A stretch of 64,000 bases of DNA from assembly GCA_963717645.1 (NCBI GenBank), contig CAVQWQ010000015.1, forward strand, positions 66,766 to 130,765, read 5' to 3'. The notes under the pieces are model-generated. The model saw only the letters and a program-made list of their open reading frames with translations, was not told the DNA's origin and did not search any database. Made by a program: the position numbers and the translations under genes. The DNA comes from an uncultured Actinomycetes bacterium (lineage in GTDB: Bacteria; Actinomycetota; Acidimicrobiia; Acidimicrobiales; AC-9). Below are positions 59,141-64,000 of the stretch, piece by piece; within the stretch, counting starts at the first letter, position 1; the number at the start of each line of letters is the position of its first letter.

Positions 59141-59608
59141 TCAGCCGTAGACGGCTGGGTCGAAATGTTCGCTGATGTCGTAGTGGGAGACCGTCAACAA
59201 GAACTGACCGCGGGCGTCCAACACACCACCCGTCCGGCCCTCGGCGACGGCCTCGTAGTGGGCGCGTTCGGCCAACACCTGCTCGCGGCTCTTCTTGGGG
59301 CGGGCAGCCTCGGCGGCTCTGGCCTCCTCACGCGCTCGACGACGAGACTCTGGGTCGCCGGGGCCAATCCAGGGTTCGGCTTTCTGCCAAAGCCGCTCGG
59401 CTCTGGCTTGGGCTACGGCTTCGGAGGGTGGACCGTCCAGAGTGCCCGGAGCGAGGTCGTACACCTCGACGGGGTCACCACGTCCAGGGCCTCGTTCATC
59501 ATCGCCGACGAGCGTGCTGCTACGGCAGGGGGAGACGACCGTCTGAATCGCTCTCCACGGTGGTGGTCCGATGCTCTCGGGCTTATCGGTAGTCCTCATG
59601 TTGTCCAT
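59141..59608 (-). CDS. Hypothetical protein
   Basis: GAGGAG RBS; co-oriented with the terminase genes. Confidence 0.6.
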   Translation of the reverse strand: MDNMRTTDKPESIGPPPWRAIQTVVSPCRSSTLVGDDERGPGRGDPVEVYDLAPGTLDGPPSEAVAQARAERLWQKAEPWIGPGDPESRRRAREEARAAEAARPKKSREQVLAERAHYEAVAEGRTGGVLDARGQFLLTVSHYDISEHFDPAVYG

Positions 59609-59777
59609 TCTCCTCTGTCAGGTTGGTGATAAGGGGACGTTCCGCCGGCGGGTAACACTTGGCTGCCGGCCGCAGCCCGAAGCTGCCGCGGCGGCGCCTG
59701 GTGTCGCGCACGGCCGCGTCCGGATGAAGAACGAACGTGGCGGCACGTTCCCCGCCGGCAAATCGTGACGGTGGACA

Positions 59778-60575
59778 TCAGTAGACACCGCCAGAGTCGG
59801 GATCAAAGGGCCAGCTCTTTCGGACTTTGCGAGGCACCATGTCCGGGCCGACGACGACCTTAAAGCCCTCGGGATGACCGGGCGGGCCGATGACGCGGTT
59901 GCCGAAGACGCCGGTGTGGAGACCGGGGCTCGGGTCGTCGCGGTACTCGTGCACGCCACCAGAGTGCTGGGCGGCGTGTTCGGGCGAGCCGGGGGCGTGG
60001 TACGGACCGAGCTTGACGTGCAGATAGACGCTGAGCATCAGCGCCACGACCATATCGTCGTGTTGCGTCCTGGCGTCATTGCTGCAGGTGGTACCTGTCG
60101 CAGTTGTGTCGTACGAGTAGCCCTTGAGCTCGTCGGTCAAGGTGGCGAGGTCCGCGAGTGCGGGCGCCGCGTGCAGCGTATGGTTCTGGAGCTCCACCGA
60201 CAGGCTGCCCACGAGGTCCTGCTTCGGCGCTGTCCAGCGGCCGTACCGGGTGGTGGCGTTGGACCCCGCGGTGATGGTGACGCCGATCGGGCTCGGCCTC
60301 AGCTTGCGGGTGGCCATCTCGACCACCGGCCCGCCCAAGCCTGTCGCGTCGATCGCGACCTGCACCCCGCCGTCGAGGTTGGGCTCGCCGTAGTGAGACC
60401 CGAGGCGGTCGATGATGCCCTGGAGGCGGTGGAGTTGTGCGTCGTAGGACTCACCCAGCGGGAAGCGCTGTGCCACACGGATGTCGAGTTGACCGCGCTG
60501 GCGGTCGATCACGATCGCGGCGCTCGGGTCATGGCTCTGCCCGACGTCCACACCACACAACCAGCGAGCGCTCAC
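59778..60575 (-). CDS. Terminase large subunit nuclease (RNase H-like) domain as a separate gene
   Basis: GVDVGQSHDPSA, IDATGLG, HDDMVVAL; GTGA overlap with the ATPase gene. Confidence 0.8.
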   Translation of the reverse strand: MSARWLCGVDVGQSHDPSAAIVIDRQRGQLDIRVAQRFPLGESYDAQLHRLQGIIDRLGSHYGEPNLDGGVQVAIDATGLGGPVVEMATRKLRPSPIGVTITAGSNATTRYGRWTAPKQDLVGSLSVELQNHTLHAAPALADLATLTDELKGYSYDTTATGTTCSNDARTQHDDMVVALMLSVYLHVKLGPYHAPGSPEHAAQHSGGVHEYRDDPSPGLHTGVFGNRVIGPPGHPEGFKVVVGPDMVPRKVRKSWPFDPDSGGVY

Positions 60576-61333
60576 AGCGGCGTTACCTCCGGGTCGAGGA
60601 TGGCGTCCACCAGTTCGGGCGGGAAGACGGCGCCCTCGGCGGCACCGAAGGTGACCTCGTACTCGGCGGCGAATCGCAGCGCCGGCATGGTGCGGCGGGC
60701 CTCCTCGATGCGCTCAGGCGTGATGCGGCCACACTCCGAGGCGGTGACCTTGATCTTCATGTAGGGCTCGGTGGACGACCACGTCAGCCAGAACCAGCCC
60801 CGCATGCCGTTGGGCGTCGACAACCCGATCAGTCGACCGCCCGTGGCTCCCAGCATCGGAAGGACGGCGTGGACGAGGGAGTCGGTGACGAATCCGGCCT
60901 CGTCGAGAATCACGAGGTGCGGGCTGTAGCCACGGATGGTCGTCTCGCTCGAGGGCAAGGAGAGGATGCGGCTGCCGTTCTGGAGCCTCAAGGACAGGAT
61001 GGACTCGCTGACGGGTCGCGTGCTGGCCACCTGTGGTTGGCTGGCCAGCGGCGTGAGCAGCTCGCGGACGCGGCCGAAGACCTCGCTCGACTGGCGCTGA
61101 CTCGGGCTGACCAGCAACGTCAACGACTTCTCGACGGTCAAGGCCTGGTCCAAGGACATGGCGGCCGCGACAGTCGACTTGCCCACCTGCCGGGCGCATC
61201 GCACCAGTGCTCGCGATGGGCGCTCGGTCAGTAGCCTCGCTTGCCACTCGTCGGGCTCGAGGCCGCTCGCCCTCATGATGTCGAGGGGGCTGGGCGGCGG
61301 GGCGAAGCGGCGGGCGAGGGAGGCGTCGGTCAT
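60572..61333 (-). CDS. Terminase large subunit ATPase domain as a separate gene
   Basis: PDEWQ, Walker A ARQVGKST, IRG, Walker B VILDEA, coupling motif STPNG, AEY. Confidence 0.88.
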   Translation of the reverse strand: MTDASLARRFAPPPSPLDIMRASGLEPDEWQARLLTERPSRALVRCARQVGKSTVAAAMSLDQALTVEKSLTLLVSPSQRQSSEVFGRVRELLTPLASQPQVASTRPVSESILSLRLQNGSRILSLPSSETTIRGYSPHLVILDEAGFVTDSLVHAVLPMLGATGGRLIGLSTPNGMRGWFWLTWSSTEPYMKIKVTASECGRITPERIEEARRTMPALRFAAEYEVTFGAAEGAVFPPELVDAILDPEVTPL

Positions 61334-61430
61334 GGCCCATTCTCCCAGAGAGGCGCATGACTAGATCCCTTGCAACGTAAGGCTTTTCGTGCCCTGGCAT
61401 AGTCACCGAACGTTGGGGCTGGCCAACGTG

Positions 61431-62039
61431 TCATGTGGTGCGCTCCTCCCCTGCTTCGAGGGCGAGGGCGTGGCGATGCAGCGTCGCCCTCACGTCGCTG
61501 TCAGTGGCATCCACACCGTGGTCAGCAAGAGCCAACTCGACCAGGCGGGCCATCATCGTGTACCTCGCCTCGTCGAGAGCGACCTTGCGCCCCTGGACGT
61601 CGAGTCGCCCGATGGTCGACAGCAGCGACGTGAGTTCCTTCGTGACCGCGACCAACACCGTCACCTCGCCACGGATCTGTTCGCCGCTACGGTCGTGCTC
61701 GTAGCGCACCGAACCCAGCCGCTCGACCTCGTCCTGCAACCCCTGGCGCAGCGCGTCCAGCTGGCCGGCCACGGACAGCAGGAGGTCGTACGCCTGCTCG
61801 ACCGACTCGAGCGGCTGCGCGACACCGAGCCGGGCGAGACCGCGCCGAGCCTCCTGTAGGACGAGTTCGTCGCGATGATGGGCAGCGACGGACGGCAGGG
61901 CGCCACCGTGCCAGGAGCATGGGCCACTTCCGAGGTGGTCCGTGCCGGCACCTGCAGGACGGCCACAGCGCTCCCCGTCTTCGCCACGGCGGGGCGCCCC
62001 GCACGCTGGTGTGTCGGTTCTCAGAACACCCTTGGCCAC
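61431..62039 (-). CDS. Terminase small subunit-like protein (HGG motif)
   Basis: CGA...C...GTDHLGSGPCSWHGG followed by a helical region, directly upstream of TerL. Confidence 0.65.
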   Translation of the reverse strand: MAKGVLRTDTPACGAPRRGEDGERCGRPAGAGTDHLGSGPCSWHGGALPSVAAHHRDELVLQEARRGLARLGVAQPLESVEQAYDLLLSVAGQLDALRQGLQDEVERLGSVRYEHDRSGEQIRGEVTVLVAVTKELTSLLSTIGRLDVQGRKVALDEARYTMMARLVELALADHGVDATDSDVRATLHRHALALEAGEERTT

Positions 62040-62049
62040 GCCTCAATCC

Positions 62050-62190
62050 CTTTCTTCATAGAGCTCGCTTTCTTCATAGAGCACCCCCACAGGGGGACCG
62101 TTCCCGAAAAGTCGTCTCATGCGTGGTTGGGGTACTTAAAGAGAGAGCCGAGGACTGTCATAGGGGTGCATCCGACGTTTCGGGAACGGT
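62050..62190. promoter_or_regulatory. Candidate replication origin or packaging site (direct plus inverted repeats)
   Basis: CTTTCTTCATAGAGC at 62050-62064 and 62068-62082; ACCGTTCCCGAAA(A/C)GTCG inverted at 62097-62114 and 62173-62190; locally AT-rich. Confidence 0.45.
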
Positions 62191-64000
62191 TGCCGTCCAT
62201 CGTTGCCGGGTCCAGTCCGAACAGCTCCAGCGGTCGGCCTTCCCCTTGCCCATCGACTCCCTGCGGAGCACCCCATGGGCAGCGAGGTCCTCCATGGCGC
62301 GTCTGGCCGTTTGTGTGGGGTATCCGGCGGCGCTCGCTAGGTCGGGTGCTGTGAGGTGCTCCTCGGCCAACAGGAGCTCCAGCACGGTACGGCGGATGGC
62401 CGGCATGGAGTCCAGGGCCACCTTGGCGACGACCCGCCACGCCTCAGTTCGGTCCACGCCGATAACGGTCAGTCCGGCGTGGAGGCGAGCCAGGACCAAG
62501 GTGAGCCGTCCAGGCGCCTCGGCCTCAGGAATGAGCTCGATCTCTCGGCTGTAACTGTCCCGCTCGATGGTGGACCGACAGCGCACGGCCAGCACAGCCA
62601 AGGAGATCAGCCGCTCTTCCTCGGCCGCCGTCATCGAGGGCAACTCTGAGGGGATGGACAGTCCCTCGAACAGGCGACACACCGCCTGAGACAACTCGGC
62701 TCGCATCTTGCGCTCCTGCCCGGCGTGAGCGAGCGCCGAGCGGGCCTGCTCCTCGGCGGTGATGGCGGGAAGCCGGAACAGCACGAACCGCTCGCCCATC
62801 GAGCCCATGACCGCGTGGTGGTTGTCGATCGCCGGCGTGCAGCCGGCGATGAGGCCGACCTTGCCCTCCCAGTGCAGCGTCTTGCCACCGTCGACTCCGA
62901 GATGGCGCGTCCACGATCCGTCGTAGACCTCACGAAGAGCAGCCAGGACAGACGCCCTCGCCTCTCGGTGCATGGAGACCACCGAGCCGAAGTCCTTGCA
63001 CAGGATGACGCCGAACTCGCCGATCTCCCTGAGCAGTCCACCCTTGGCCGTCTTGGCCTTGTCCCTGCTGGCCGTACCCGACAGCAGGGCCGGCTCGGTG
63101 ATGGTCGCCGCCGGATAGACGTAGGGCAGCCGGGCGGCGCTGATGAGAACTTCGGTCTTGCCTCCCGATGCCGGCCCGACCTCGAGGCCCCAGAACGGAT
63201 CCCCTGGCAACAGGTTGGCGGCGATCCCGCCCAAGGCGAACTCCACTGGAGAGGGGTCGGGCATCGACAGCCAACGTGAGTAGGCCGACAGCACCTCCTC
63301 GAGCCCCCGAGGGCCCTCGACGTGGTGGTCCTTACGACGAGCCTCGGGCGAACTCGCAGCCTTCTTCGCCATCTCGCCCGACGGGGTCGGGTCGTCCTCG
63401 TCCCAGTCGCCGGGCTCGATCCATCCCGGTGGGTGCCAGCCGTTACCGGCCACAGCTGGGTCGGACTCAGGCTCCTCGACGATGAGCTTGCCCAAGGTCC
63501 GCTTGGTCTCATCCCCAACGCGGTCGCCGTACTTACCCACCGACGGCTTGTGGCGTTGGACAAGGTCGAGCACCTGGCCGTCGCTCAACCCCGCGGCCTT
63601 CGCCGCACCGACGAAGTTGTAATGACGGGCGCTCCGGTCATCGACGTCGGCCTTGTCGGCAAGGAACGGGGCGAGCGCGGCCGGCACGTCCTCGTCGTCG
63701 ACTGGCTCCGCCTCGATGTCGTCGGTTGCACGTCGCCGGTCTGCCCGCGCCATCGGGAGCAGGCGGACCAGTTCCTCGAGGTCCCAGCCCGGCTCGTCGA
63801 GGACGTCGGTCAGTACCACGGCGGCCGGCTCGGCCGCCCCGAACAGAGGAGGCTTCCAGTTGAGCGAGCCGGGCGGGCGAAGGTGCGCATTGATCGCACC
63901 CGGGCTTGGGTCGGCGTCGAGGTACCGGGCGAGCCTGCGGTTGAGTTCGGCGGCTTGGGCCGGCTCGACTGGTTGGGCAAGCGCCACGTACACGTGCAAG
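62158..64000 (-). CDS. Primase-helicase (RepB-like primase, helical primase C-terminal domain, P-loop ATPase, wHTH), 5' end outside the window
   Basis: LHVYV and LRPPGSLNWK primase motifs, DRS helix, Walker A GPASGGKT, LREVYDG, ERF, C-terminal HTH. Confidence 0.78.
   Translation of the reverse strand, partial: LHVYVALAQPVEPAQAAELNRRLARYLDADPSPGAINAHLRPPGSLNWKPPLFGAAEPAAVVLTDVLDEPGWDLEELVRLLPMARADRRRATDDIEAEPVDDEDVPAALAPFLADKADVDDRSARHYNFVGAAKAAGLSDGQVLDLVQRHKPSVGKYGDRVGDETKRTLGKLIVEEPESDPAVAGNGWHPPGWIEPGDWDEDDPTPSGEMAKKAASSPEARRKDHHVEGPRGLEEVLSAYSRWLSMPDPSPVEFALGGIAANLLPGDPFWGLEVGPASGGKTEVLISAARLPYVYPAATITEPALLSGTASRDKAKTAKGGLLREIGEFGVILCKDFGSVVSMHREARASVLAALREVYDGSWTRHLGVDGGKTLHWEGKVGLIAGCTPAIDNHHAVMGSMGERFVLFRLPAITAEEQARSALAHAGQERKMRAELSQAVCRLFEGLSIPSELPSMTAAEEERLISLAVLAVRCRSTIERDSYSREIELIPEAEAPGRLTLVLARLHAGLTVIGVDRTEAWRVVAKVALDSMPAIRRTVLELLLAEEHLTAPDLASAAGYPTQTARRAMEDLAAHGVLRRESMGKGKADRWSCSDWTRQRWTATVPETSDAPL

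Larger units (their letters stand above)
49147..64000. mobile_element. Integrated phage-satellite-like element, continuing past the window end
   Basis: Serine integrase at the left end, WhiBs, short hypotheticals, TerS-like gene, split TerL and primase-ATPase; the left junction interrupts a host gene. Confidence 0.85.

Noticed and set aside
59620-59770. GCCGGCGGG/CCCGCCGGC inverted repeat downstream of the terminase nuclease gene as a cos/pac site
   Set aside because: Only 9 bp and all G/C, which is too likely by chance in this genome.

Overview
High-GC actinobacterial chromosome, probably Acidimicrobiia-like (inferred from gene content). Bases 1-~49,145 are core and metabolic genes: HelY-like helicase, ThyX, DUF4193, the conserved pgsA2-gcvH-garA-MerR-BFN-MerR-gcv cluster, copper amine oxidase, TreT/TreZ, a PAS-GGDEF-EAL protein, adk, an ABC exporter and a class A PBP. 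This part is dotted with a GC-rich REP-like palindrome. From ~49,147 to the window end lies an integrated element. Its large serine recombinase sits at a junction that appears to cut a G1 glutamic peptidase gene. The element encodes a primase-ATPase, a TerS-like protein and a terminase large subunit split into separate ATPase and nuclease genes, but no recognisable portal, capsid or tail, so it looks like a phage satellite. Its accessory region (~51.7-56.4 kb) is the most unusual part. It is a chain of roughly 1-kb units, each bounded by its own direct repeat and punctuated by six hairpins sharing a (GC)GGCTC/GAGCC(GC) outer stem. The cargo includes two paralogous Tat-type lipoproteins built almost entirely of His-X-Asp triads (20 and 24 copies by hand count), a third Tat-like lipoprotein and a GYD-like protein. 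The element also carries three WhiB-family genes. All assignments come from motif recognition by eye; no database searches were run.
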